From Thermoproteota archaeon (GTDB taxonomy: Archaea > Korarchaeota > Korarchaeia > Korarchaeales > Korarchaeaceae): DNA of 64,000 nt. The DNA is taken from assembly GCA_027491435.1 (NCBI GenBank), contig JAOZFG010000003.1:8085-72084 (forward strand), given 5' to 3'. The stretch's first letter is position 1. Each line of letters starts with the position of its first letter. Positions 1 to 9,006 of this stretch are shown here, piece by piece. Position numbers and translations under genes: made by a program. The notes below the pieces were generated by a model, which was not told the origin of the DNA, searched no databases, and was given only the letters and a program-made list of their open reading frames with translations.

Positions 1-1191
1 AGGCTTTACACTAGGCTCATGGACTACTTCTTCACCAGAGGTGAGGCGGTCGATGAGATGCTGGAGACTGAGCTCCATGAGGCCGTAACTAAGACCACGC
101 AAGACATGAGAAGGAATATAGAGATGTTAATGCTCATACTGATAATATACGTGCTCACAGCCACGGTCTTCCCATTCGTGATAACCCTGCTATTCACTTT
201 CCAAGCCCTGGTATCCGGTTTTGGTGGAGGGGGCATGGGGGGCCTTGCCCTCTTAGTGGGAGTGTTGCCATCCCCCATGTTCATAATCTTCTTCAAGATA
301 TTGACCCCCAGATATTACAAGTTCGACAGTGAGAGCCTGGCCATAGGGTGGGGGGCCTTCTTCACCGGCTTTATGATCGGCCTGATGATAACCTTTTACC
401 TTCCCAACATACTCCCCCCGGTGGCGGGCGAGGGCTTCCTAGCGGAGATAATAAGCTCGTTCAGGGACGCTAACCTCTGGCTCAGGATGACCTTCGGCCT
501 AATGTTCGGTGGCCTCTTCGGCTGGCTTGCCATAAGGAAAAGAGAAGCTAGGCTCAGGGGGGAGGCCCTAGATTACCCCCTATTCCTTCAAGACCTCTTC
601 GTAGAACTTAAGGGAGGAAGGGCCTTCTGTAGGGCTATAGAGGATATGAAGGTGAGCTACAAGAGCCTAAAGGAGTTCATGTCCTTGGTCAAGTACTGGG
701 CCAAGCTCAGGATTCCTTACACGGACATACTCACGATGATAGCTGAGAGGCAGAGGTACAGCGTCTCCAAGATGTCGACCCTCTTAATAATGAACGCTCT
801 CAAGTCGGGAGTTGAGCTGAAGGAGGCCTTTGGCACTATATCTAACTTCATGATGAAGGTTAGGGAAATGTGGTTAGAGGCTGAAAGTGAGAAGAGAGGG
901 AACTATATAACCGCGGTCCTGTCTTTCATGTTCTCAGTGTTTTCACTTGCCTTCTTGGTGAGAATGCTCAACATACCCATATCGGCCAGGGCCGCTGAGG
1001 TTGTGAAGGACGGTTTAATGCTGCAGGGCTTCATACAGGCCTTGGTGATGGGCCTGTCACTAGGGGCCGTGAGGAGTGGCCACCTGACATCCTCGTTCAG
1101 GGAAATGTTCCTGTTAGCAATACCGACGCTTGTATCTCTGGCATTAATCCAATCATGGAACCCGCCTCCCCTCATTTTGGGAGGACACTAA
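1..1191 (+). CDS. Type II secretion/type IV pilus platform membrane protein (TadC/FlaJ-like, T2SSF domain), 5' partial
   Basis: The frame is open to base 1. Multiple TM helices plus a T2SSF-like segment (DYPLFLQDLFVELKGG...ALKSGVELKEAFGTISNF); lies next to pilin genes. Confidence 0.75.
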   Translation, partial: RLYTRLMDYFFTRGEAVDEMLETELHEAVTKTTQDMRRNIEMLMLILIIYVLTATVFPFVITLLFTFQALVSGFGGGGMGGLALLVGVLPSPMFIIFFKILTPRYYKFDSESLAIGWGAFFTGFMIGLMITFYLPNILPPVAGEGFLAEIISSFRDANLWLRMTFGLMFGGLFGWLAIRKREARLRGEALDYPLFLQDLFVELKGGRAFCRAIEDMKVSYKSLKEFMSLVKYWAKLRIPYTDILTMIAERQRYSVSKMSTLLIMNALKSGVELKEAFGTISNFMMKVREMWLEAESEKRGNYITAVLSFMFSVFSLAFLVRMLNIPISARAAEVVKDGLMLQGFIQALVMGLSLGAVRSGHLTSSFREMFLLAIPTLVSLALIQSWNPPPLILGGH

Positions 1192-1249
1192 TCCAGTTTT
1201 CCTCTTTTAACCCATAAATTAATAATCTCTAGGTTCTAGCTCTAATAAT

Positions 1250-1684
1250 ATGCGGGGGATCTCCAGAGTCTTCATGTCGGCGTTCTTGGTTATGCTAGGC
1301 TTCATGTTAATCGCCATACTATATTACTCAGCAGCTAACGTGTCTCTGGTAACCATGGAGGGGTACGTGAGAGTATCTGAGATGGCTGGGATAGAGATCC
1401 TAGGAATGTCCCCTGATGGAGGAAATGGTAATGTAGCTGTTATAGTAGTGAGGTCGGTATTCAAAGACTCCATTCCCTATGAGGGACCAAGCTGCTGGCA
1501 AGTCTTCATTGATCGAAGGCGGGTCCAAATACTAGAGCTCAATCCGCCCAGCGGGGCGTTGAGGAAGGGGGATAAGCTCATGATAAAGGTGGATTTTACG
1601 GGATTGTCCTGGGATGCCGACCATGAAATAGAGGTTTATGGCCCTAAGGGAGCCAAGGCCAAGTTCATATGGTTGCCCTCCTAG
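1250..1684 (+). CDS. Archaeal type IV pilin-like protein
   Basis: Class III signal peptide MRG|ISRVF followed by a hydrophobic helix; beta-rich C-terminal domain; paralogous to 4432-4881. Confidence 0.75.
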   Translation: MRGISRVFMSAFLVMLGFMLIAILYYSAANVSLVTMEGYVRVSEMAGIEILGMSPDGGNGNVAVIVVRSVFKDSIPYEGPSCWQVFIDRRRVQILELNPPSGALRKGDKLMIKVDFTGLSWDADHEIEVYGPKGAKAKFIWLPS

Positions 1685-1694
1685 CCTAAAACTA

Positions 1695-2216
1695 CTACCC
1701 TCCTGAAGTATTATCCCCTGTGCTCCCTCCACCTCCACTTGTTCCTGGAGGTTCTGTCTGCATCACGTTAGCTATCCTGATCATAAAGTTACCTGAGCTG
1801 TCCTGGTAGAGATATATCCTTATAACCCCAGCGTAGATTTCCTCAGGAGATATTATCTCTATAGGCGATAAGAACGTCGCTCTCCCAGTCCCGTAAAGCC
1901 CTGGACCTGCTGTTATTCCCACGTTGACCACATATTCCTTATAACCATTGGGTAGATCACGGATCTTCTTTATTGATATTATCACCTCCTTGCCTGATTG
2001 TGGAGCTATATATATCCTCGTCGTCTTGTTTACGTATAGAACACCCATCTGATAACTCTTAGCGACTGTTGAGAGCTCGGCTGCGACGGAGTAAGCTATT
2101 GCCTCAGCTTGAGCTTTTAAACTGGATTTAACGAAAGAGGGGTGTATTGTGAGCAAATAGCCTAAGGAAAAGGCTGTAATCACTAAGATCATAGACCAGA
2201 TGACTGCTCCTCTCAT
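1695..2216 (-). CDS. Pilin-like protein (class III signal peptide)
   Basis: MRG|AVIWSMILV hydrophobic N-terminus, an amphipathic helix, then a beta-rich domain. Confidence 0.65.
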   Translation of the reverse strand: MRGAVIWSMILVITAFSLGYLLTIHPSFVKSSLKAQAEAIAYSVAAELSTVAKSYQMGVLYVNKTTRIYIAPQSGKEVIISIKKIRDLPNGYKEYVVNVGITAGPGLYGTGRATFLSPIEIISPEEIYAGVIRIYLYQDSSGNFMIRIANVMQTEPPGTSGGGGSTGDNTSGG

Positions 2217-3361
2217 CCCCCGACACCCGCTTGTACCTCAACGTCGACAGCAAAGGGGTACACTATAAAAGGCCTATATATATTGTTATCGGGCGCATAC
2301 TGAAACTCTATGACGTAGAGGCCATGTACAGTTCTTAGAAAATCTCTTATATCGCTACCCGCTGGAGGAGGAAGAGAAACTGTTATAGTCCCATCAGTAG
2401 TGTGGCCTGTGACATAGGTTAGACCCTTATAGACTGATCTCACCTCATAATCTCCCGACACCCCACCTCCTGGCGAAACCACTTGTACTGTAAAATCGTA
2501 AGGTATGAAGAAGGCGTTCTTTGTAGCCTTAGGAGATGGATCGAACCTGGCCGTGGGATCGTTTGAAAGCACAGCGCTGCTAAAAGTGCTCTGAGCCAAT
2601 AGTTTTCCTTTGTATCCCACTGTAACATTTACTGTTATAGGAGTTGAGGGTTGTCCGTTAAGGAGATAGCAAAGATTATCCGTTGTCTGGAATTTACATA
2701 CGAAAATGCCATTCACAAAGTAGTCTCCACTAGGTGTTATTGGTTCACAGGTGGCGGTGTAGGGGCTTCCCCCTCCTTGATCCTCTATGCTTATGCTGGC
2801 ATCTATGGTGAACTCAGCATCGGGCCCTGTAGTATTGCCACCCACCGTTGACCCGTCGGGTAAGTAAGGAACTATATATACTAGTATTGGGTAGTCATCT
2901 AGGTCATCACAGTCGTACTTGTCGCTGGAAGTTCTTATCCACAGGGTAGTAGTGTCTGGGGTAGCCTTTAAACTTCCATTGACAGGAACAAAAGAATATA
3001 TATTAGTTGAAATTGATTTAGGCTCTCCGGATGATGTGTACACTATTTTTTCCCATATTAGGGGGCTCCTTGATACATTCTTTACATGTATAGTGAAGTT
3101 AACCCATGTACCATGGGAGTCTACTGCTGCCAGAAAGTTTTTTATTTTATTCAATATGTAATCAGGAGTAGAATCTGATGAAGTGTTCCAGTAATAATCG
3201 TACATTAAGGTAAAAGCTATAGTGTGAGACAAGCTCTCTGCCTTATCTCGTGCAGACATTATCAAATCTATCCCTGTGGCTTGATGAACCATGAATAGCC
3301 CCCAAGTGATAGCGACTATAAGGGCGACACCTACTATGGCCTCCAAAGGCTCTACGTCCAT
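2213..3361 (-). CDS. Minor pilin/adhesin-like secreted protein
   Basis: N-terminal TM helix (LEAIVGVALIVAITWGL); S/T/D-rich beta domains; co-oriented and overlapping within the pilin cluster; ATG at 3361. Confidence 0.6.
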   Translation of the reverse strand: MDVEPLEAIVGVALIVAITWGLFMVHQATGIDLIMSARDKAESLSHTIAFTLMYDYYWNTSSDSTPDYILNKIKNFLAAVDSHGTWVNFTIHVKNVSRSPLIWEKIVYTSSGEPKSISTNIYSFVPVNGSLKATPDTTTLWIRTSSDKYDCDDLDDYPILVYIVPYLPDGSTVGGNTTGPDAEFTIDASISIEDQGGGSPYTATCEPITPSGDYFVNGIFVCKFQTTDNLCYLLNGQPSTPITVNVTVGYKGKLLAQSTFSSAVLSNDPTARFDPSPKATKNAFFIPYDFTVQVVSPGGGVSGDYEVRSVYKGLTYVTGHTTDGTITVSLPPPAGSDIRDFLRTVHGLYVIEFQYAPDNNIYRPFIVYPFAVDVEVQAGVGG

Positions 3362-3363
3362 TC

Positions 3364-3915
3364 CTAACCACCCCACGAGGTTATAATAACCCTATAGAAG
3401 CCAGTGTCGCACCAGCCAAAATCACCAGGATTTTTACACACTACATAAGTAAAGAAGCTTTCACTAACTGTTATTCCTCCTATAGGGGGTCTATTAGAAG
3501 GTATTTTTATAGGATCGCTTTGAAAGGTCCCGCTTGCTTGGTCAAATTTGTACATGTCTATAGCAATGTTATAGTCAGGCGAACCAACCACCATCTTAAA
3601 TTCATCATAGTTGTTATCGGCCCATCTCCTTATACACTCTAACTTCGTGCCATTGAGAGCGTAAGGATAGACTACTTCCCCCTTACCCAGAGCAACTCCT
3701 GGGGCAGGAGGTATATAAGAAATGCCACAATCAGATACCGAAGTAAAGCCAGTCCAGTCGCCGGCGTTTTTAAGCAAGGTATCAGCTACCTTTCTGACCA
3801 AGTACTGCTGAACTCCTGAGCTAGGGTTGACGTTCTGGCTCATTAAACCCACCATTATAGCTGCGAATCCAATAACTATGAACATAGATACTATGAAAGA
3901 TAGTATCTTCCTCAT
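3364..3915 (-). CDS. Minor pilin-like protein
   Basis: Basic N-terminus plus hydrophobic helix; several Cys; pilin cluster context. Confidence 0.55.
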   Translation of the reverse strand: MRKILSFIVSMFIVIGFAAIMVGLMSQNVNPSSGVQQYLVRKVADTLLKNAGDWTGFTSVSDCGISYIPPAPGVALGKGEVVYPYALNGTKLECIRRWADNNYDEFKMVVGSPDYNIAIDMYKFDQASGTFQSDPIKIPSNRPPIGGITVSESFFTYVVCKNPGDFGWCDTGFYRVIITSWGG

Positions 3916-4425
3916 TTATCCCCCTCCTTGAATATCTACCTGAATCGTCTTAGGTTTACCTATCGGGTACTTGACTACTATATCTATCGGAGCTCCAGTT
4001 GTAGCTAGTCCTCTAGCTATGACAGACCACCCCTTGTCAGTATTCATCACTATTGAGATAACGACATTTCCCTGCGGGGTCCCACTTATTGTTAAATTTG
4101 AGACGGCGCCTACGTGAACTACAATTGGCCCACTTTCCACATTTTTAGGTGGATTATATACAGAAATGTTTAGCCAAGCTCCATTGGGGTCACCTACTAA
4201 AGAAGTGTCCTCTGGCAACGTCACCCTCAAAGTAACTGAGTTACCCTCCCCGGCTAGGGCGACGTTCTCTATGGACTGATGTAAATCTCTAGCGATGCTC
4301 AGGGCCTGGTTAAACAGGGCCTCCCTTCTAGACTCCTCTATTTGAGGTTGAATTAAAGATATGGCTAGCCCTATGACTAATATACCCAGAAATAGGAGGA
4401 CAGTAGTCTCCACAACGTGTTCCAA
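3916..4425 (-). CDS. Minor pilin-like protein
   Basis: N-terminal TM helix, long helix (ALFNQALSIARDLHQSIENVA), then beta strands; TTG start after a GGGGTGA RBS. Confidence 0.6.
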   Translation of the reverse strand: MEHVVETTVLLFLGILVIGLAISLIQPQIEESRREALFNQALSIARDLHQSIENVALAGEGNSVTLRVTLPEDTSLVGDPNGAWLNISVYNPPKNVESGPIVVHVGAVSNLTISGTPQGNVVISIVMNTDKGWSVIARGLATTGAPIDIVVKYPIGKPKTIQVDIQGGG

Positions 4426-4431
4426 TTTAAA

Positions 4432-4881
4432 TCACCCCGGAGGGGTCCAGCCAGCATAAGCCTTACTTCCACCGGGACCGTAAACCCTTATCGACTGGGA
4501 ACTGGTCGAGCTTATTGTACCAACGTTAACCCTGATCGTCAGCTGTTCGTTGACGTTAAAGGTTCCGTCGCCGCCGGCGTCAAATACGTCAATTACGGTC
4601 ACCATGCTCCCATTTATAAAGACGGTCCAAGAGCTCGTATCGCCTACTGGAATGTCGTTAGGACCCCTGTTCCTTAGGACTATCTCCGCCTGACCAGCGC
4701 TTGGGCTGTTAGGGTTAAATGCGATTATTTCCAAGTTTGTTTTTGGAGCCGTAGCTTCTGATCCTTTGGCTACCTGAAATACAGCCCCCCTAGCTGCCGA
4801 GTAGACAACAACAGCTAGAGAAACAGACATCACTATGAGCACTACGGCAATAACCACCCTAGAGATGCCCCTTCTCTCTAT
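4432..4881 (-). CDS. Archaeal type IV pilin (paralog of 1250-1684); probable non-canonical ATA start
   Basis: The in-frame extension upstream of the GTG at 4857 reads I-E-R-R-G|ISRVVIAVV, a class III signal peptide. The C-terminus IRVYGPGGSKAYAGW matches IEVYGPKGAKAKFIW of the paralog. Confidence 0.7.
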   Translation of the reverse strand: MERRGISRVVIAVVLIVMSVSLAVVVYSAARGAVFQVAKGSEATAPKTNLEIIAFNPNSPSAGQAEIVLRNRGPNDIPVGDTSSWTVFINGSMVTVIDVFDAGGDGTFNVNEQLTIRVNVGTISSTSSQSIRVYGPGGSKAYAGWTPPG

Positions 4882-4941
4882 CTTCCTTCCCCCTCTAATT
4901 GCTTTTATGGAACCCTATAAAAAGAAAGAGATAAAAAAGAT

Positions 4942-6660
4942 TTAGTAAGGGGAGGGATTTACTGCCAGCGTAGCTACTTCCATGCCTGTTATGGGAACGA
5001 AGTAAACCACTCCCTCCTCAACTGTCACAGAAGCAGCACGTCCGCTGGCCATTAATGCGCCTCCTCTCAGCGGGTTGCCAGCCATGGCTATGAAGCCCTT
5101 GTTCATCCCATCTATAAGTATATGCATGTTGACTCTACCAGCTCTCATGTAGTACTGTCCGTCGAGCTCCATCATTAAGGCTCCTCTGTACAGGAAGTAA
5201 TCTAAGCTTATGTTGGCCTCCAACGTTCCCTCTGCAGGCACAGCTAAGAAGAACACGTGTCTAGCATCGGGTAGTTCGTATCCATCAACCTTTATTTTAG
5301 TGGCATTTATCGGCCTACCAGCCTTACCTATCATGACATAGCTCTCCTTGACAGTTATTACAGATGCTCCCCTATTGTTTCCTAGCGTAATCTCAACTGT
5401 CTGCCCTGGATTGACTGTGAACACGTTGAAGTGACTGTGCCCATGGTGTCCGTGGAAGTATATCTTGAAGCTCTCCTGAGCGACGAACTTGATAGTGCCC
5501 GACACGAGGAAAGTCGACCTGCCAGCTCCCATTATGAGGAACTCGTGGTAAACTGCCCCTCCTGGACTGCATCCATCCAGCGGGTAGGTTTGCTCGCCCA
5601 GGGTGACCTGCTGAGCACACCCGTAAGTCTTGAGAACTCCTCCGCTTGAAGGAACTCCCCAGAACTTTATCACACCCCTGGACATTCCCTTTATCTCAAT
5701 GTCGTAATTGTTGACAGACATGCCCGCCTCGTGTTTGCCCTTACCGTCATCAACTGAGTACTCAACGTAACCGCTGTTTACCCTGTAACTCATGTCTATG
5801 CTGGCCTGCACGTTCTCCGCTGGGGCGTGATGCATCATCACTACGGTAGGTCCAAGGTCGGCAATCACGTTCTCTCCGTCCACGTAAATGGCTGAAACGC
5901 TAGGTATACCCGTGAAGCTGAGTATGGTGACGTAATCGTCCCAGACAGCTATCTCTGAGGCTCCAGGGGAGTTCTGAAATACTATTCTGACCTGCTGACC
6001 TTTATTGACCTTTATCTTCCTGGGCCAGAAGGACCCATAGACCCATATCTTGAACTTGTGAGCGGCAGTGAAGCTTATCTCTCCGTTTATCGAGACCTCT
6101 CCGTTTGCATAAACGTCTATATCAAAGGCTACCGGGCAAGTGGAGTTGAGTATGCAGACTTCTCCGCCGCCACCTCCAGTTCCTCCGCCTCCGCTTCCGC
6201 CACCGCCACCAGTTCCTCCGCCACCGCCACCTCCAGTTCCTCCGCCACCTCCAGTTCCTCCGCCTCCGCTTCCGCCACCGCCACCAGGTAGCTCAGACCC
6301 GGGTACTACCTTCGTAAGGTTTATCGACCCATACGTCGTGTCATCCCCTCTGACAGCCGAGAAGTAAACCATGTTATCCTCAGCTGAGTAGTAAGGCGAT
6401 ATAGCTACTCCTTTCTCCTCCATCTCAATGGAGTACTGCTGTAAAGCGTCATTTATGAAAAGTTCCCTCTGGCTCTTGGGAAGTGCTTTAGCGGCAGACA
6501 CGACGCTGGCTACGTAATTCTTGAGGTCGGTCATTATAGTGTCAAACTGCTCGTCAGCCTGCACTCTAGCTGGCTCTATTGACTGGGCTGATGCGAGCAG
6601 GAGTATCGATATAGCAAAAGCCACTAGGAGTATTCCTCCTGCTCCTCTCCTTCCTACCAT
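4942..6660 (-). CDS. Pilus-associated adhesin-like protein with poly-Gly linker and two tandem beta-rich domains
   Basis: MVGRRG|AGGILLVAF signal; about 42-aa Gly/Thr/Ser linker; two homologous domains (ISFTAAHKFKIWVYG vs IKFVAQESFKIYFHG; GASEIAV vs GASVITV). Confidence 0.65.
   Translation of the reverse strand: MVGRRGAGGILLVAFAISILLLASAQSIEPARVQADEQFDTIMTDLKNYVASVVSAAKALPKSQRELFINDALQQYSIEMEEKGVAISPYYSAEDNMVYFSAVRGDDTTYGSINLTKVVPGSELPGGGGGSGGGGTGGGGGTGGGGGGGTGGGGGSGGGGTGGGGGEVCILNSTCPVAFDIDVYANGEVSINGEISFTAAHKFKIWVYGSFWPRKIKVNKGQQVRIVFQNSPGASEIAVWDDYVTILSFTGIPSVSAIYVDGENVIADLGPTVVMMHHAPAENVQASIDMSYRVNSGYVEYSVDDGKGKHEAGMSVNNYDIEIKGMSRGVIKFWGVPSSGGVLKTYGCAQQVTLGEQTYPLDGCSPGGAVYHEFLIMGAGRSTFLVSGTIKFVAQESFKIYFHGHHGHSHFNVFTVNPGQTVEITLGNNRGASVITVKESYVMIGKAGRPINATKIKVDGYELPDARHVFFLAVPAEGTLEANISLDYFLYRGALMMELDGQYYMRAGRVNMHILIDGMNKGFIAMAGNPLRGGALMASGRAASVTVEEGVVYFVPITGMEVATLAVNPSPY
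6163..6287. repeat. Low-complexity (CCN)n repeat encoding the Gly linker, containing a 46-bp exact direct repeat
   Basis: ccgccacctccagttcctccgcctccgcttccgccaccgccaccag occurs at 6167-6212 and 6242-6287. Confidence 0.9.
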
Positions 6661-6897
6661 TTTACCCCCTGCTAAAATGTATTTCTCACCAATAAAAAGG
6701 TTTGGTCAATGACCATTATTATAAACATGCGCTAAGACCGGATTTCTCGTATTAAGCTCTAAATTATCTCTTTATAGGGCGAAAATATGGAAAATTATGT
6801 TGTGTATGTTCAGATTCTACAAGCTTTACCTGATGACTATCAGAGATTATTTTGAATAAATAAGCTTAAGAAGATGTTTAAATATAAAATGGAGAGC

Positions 6898-7692
6898 TCA
6901 CTTCGACTCCTCCTCAAAGATCTCTTCTATCCAGCTCGGCTCCTCTGATTCAACCTCTTTTCTCTCGAAGTAACCTAGCTGACCTAACAACATGACTATA
7001 TAGAACCCTACGTATATTATGGCACCGGCCCAGTTCCTCCTGAAGAAGTCTATTAGGATGTCAGCCCACTCAACTCCATACATTGAAAGCAAGTCTGGCA
7101 AAACATTTATAGCTCCTAAGGCTGACGAAGAGAGTGCAAACGTCAAAGCCTTACCGCTCCCCGTCTGAAGGTAAACGAGCGTCGTTACAATAACTCCGAT
7201 GCTTCCTATAACCAGGAATATAGGCATGTAAACTGTCAAGGTAGCTGTAAGGATGGCTGGTGCTAGAGAGGAGAACCAGAACCAACCGAATGGGTCGTAA
7301 AGTAGCAGGGTGTGCAGGAAGAAGGAAGACCATAGAGTCAGGGGCAGGGAATAAATTGACCTCAGTCCTAGCAGCACTATACCGAAGGTCGCAACCATGG
7401 CTGAGGTGAACAGGATCACGTTAGCCGACACGAACCACTGGAACTCAGTAGTAATTGATATTAAGCTTTTCATGGGGTTTAGGTTGTGGACTTCACCGCT
7501 AGAGAACCAGTACCAGAAAAGAGTAGCCTCTAACGACGTTATAGAGAGGAAGGTGGTTATAGTTAGGAGCATTATCTTTTCCCTTAACCTGATGAAGTTT
7601 ATCACCAGCCTGACAACCATCGCTACAGCAATAATCAGGCTAGTTAAGTGAGCGAACGAATAAGGAAACGTTAATAAACTGGTCAGATCCAT
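6898..7692 (-). CDS. Polytopic (about 7TM) membrane protein with acidic cytoplasmic tail
   Basis: About seven hydrophobic segments by eye; C-terminal ERKEVESEEPSWIEEIFEEESK; 8 bp downstream of 7701-8177. Confidence 0.75.
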   Translation of the reverse strand: MDLTSLLTFPYSFAHLTSLIIAVAMVVRLVINFIRLREKIMLLTITTFLSITSLEATLFWYWFSSGEVHNLNPMKSLISITTEFQWFVSANVILFTSAMVATFGIVLLGLRSIYSLPLTLWSSFFLHTLLLYDPFGWFWFSSLAPAILTATLTVYMPIFLVIGSIGVIVTTLVYLQTGSGKALTFALSSSALGAINVLPDLLSMYGVEWADILIDFFRRNWAGAIIYVGFYIVMLLGQLGYFERKEVESEEPSWIEEIFEEESK

Positions 7693-7700
7693 AATATCAC

Positions 7701-8177
7701 CTACCAGGCTTTCTTAGCCTTTTCACCTGCCCTTTCCAGCAAGCTCTTTCTTTTAGATGAAGACAATCTCTTCTGAGTTAGTTTCTCAACCTCCCTCTCG
7801 AAGCTCTCATATATCTTTGGCAGAGCTTTTTTCAATTCATCGATGGTAACGACACCTCTCTTGAGGAATACCGGGGCTAAGTTGTCCCTGATGACCTTCT
7901 CCGCCAGTTCTATCTCCTCCTCGGTATCCGCTATGAGACCAACGGCCACTAGTTTAGGTCTATCTCCAGTTACCTCCAACCTGTTGGTAACCGCAAGCGC
8001 CCAGAAGTTCTCTCCCCTTATCGTAACTGCTTCCCCTCCAAGAGCCCCGAGCGTGAAGGACCTAAGGGCTATCTTATCCTTAGACTTCTCGCTAATTTTG
8101 ATTGACGGGTATATTGCTAACATTTTCGGCCCTTCCTGCTCTAAAGATGCTAGGTACGCTGCCCTCAAAGGTGACAC
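7701..8177 (-). CDS. Longin/uDENN-like domain protein
   Basis: N-terminal YLASLEQEGPKMLAIYP...KIALRSF resembles the uDENN/longin pattern (strand-x-GP-strand-YP-helix-F), followed by three strands and helices. Confidence 0.5.
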   Translation of the reverse strand: MSPLRAAYLASLEQEGPKMLAIYPSIKISEKSKDKIALRSFTLGALGGEAVTIRGENFWALAVTNRLEVTGDRPKLVAVGLIADTEEEIELAEKVIRDNLAPVFLKRGVVTIDELKKALPKIYESFEREVEKLTQKRLSSSKRKSLLERAGEKAKKAW

Positions 8178-8252
8178 CCAGGGCTCCGGTCATTACTAAC
8201 CTGGTAGGTCTATTATATAAAGTGTGGTAGAACCAATACCACTCTTTAGGGT

Positions 8253-8933
8253 TTATGACTTTAAAAGCCCCAGGGCTATGATAGGATCGCCTAATATCAT
8301 CGAGAGAACATGGCCGACCAATATCAAGGGTATCAGTGGGTAGGCAGGAGCTACCCAGCCGGTAGCGTTTACGTCTTTGTCAGGGAGAGGGGAAGTTATT
8401 GCTGATAACAAGAACTTCCTCCTACCTCTCTCATCCAACCTCTCAGCAGGTACGTCACCAAGCCCTCTTTTCTTAGGAGACAAGAAGAGAAGAGCTAGAG
8501 CTTTCCTCCAAAATGGTTCATCAAACCCTTCCATGAGGGAAGGGTCTTTGCTTATTTCGTATAAGTTCAGAGTTAGTTGCAGGAGGGGAACGAACAGCAG
8601 AAGTAGCTTTGAGTATATGAACGTGGCGAAGGCAGGGATTATGGGAGACTCTACGCAGTTAGGGTAACAGGGAGTCATTACAGCTAAGGTTAGGTAGGCT
8701 AGGATGTCTGCCTCGCCCATCAGCTTCCACCTCCAAGACAGGAGGAGGATTAGACCTAGGGGGGTGAACTTAAACAGGTACCTGATTGGGTCTCCTCTGA
8801 AGAGCAGGACGTCCAGTAAGAGCCCTAAAATGGAGCCGACGATCCAGGGAGTATCGGGTATCAGGCGTTGCTTTAGGTCGTAATAAGTGGCTATCCCTAG
8901 CACTATAAAGGAGGCGATCCACTGTATCATCAT
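8253..8933 (-). CDS. Prepilin/preflagellin peptidase (A24 family, PibD/FlaK-like)
   Basis: YYDLKQRLIPD and LMGEAD aspartate motifs; C-terminal WVAPAYPLIPLI segment; multi-TM. Confidence 0.85.
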   Translation of the reverse strand: MMIQWIASFIVLGIATYYDLKQRLIPDTPWIVGSILGLLLDVLLFRGDPIRYLFKFTPLGLILLLSWRWKLMGEADILAYLTLAVMTPCYPNCVESPIIPAFATFIYSKLLLLFVPLLQLTLNLYEISKDPSLMEGFDEPFWRKALALLFLSPKKRGLGDVPAERLDERGRRKFLLSAITSPLPDKDVNATGWVAPAYPLIPLILVGHVLSMILGDPIIALGLLKS

Positions 8934-9006
8934 AACCCCCTAACGGTATATTACAGGCATCGCCGGCCCTTTTATAATTCTGCGTTTAGAAAGTGAGGGG
9001 GGCTCT

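Noticed and set aside
6140-6367. Poly-proline ORF on the + strand
   Set aside because: Antisense shadow of the Gly-linker repeat in the 572-aa minus-strand gene.
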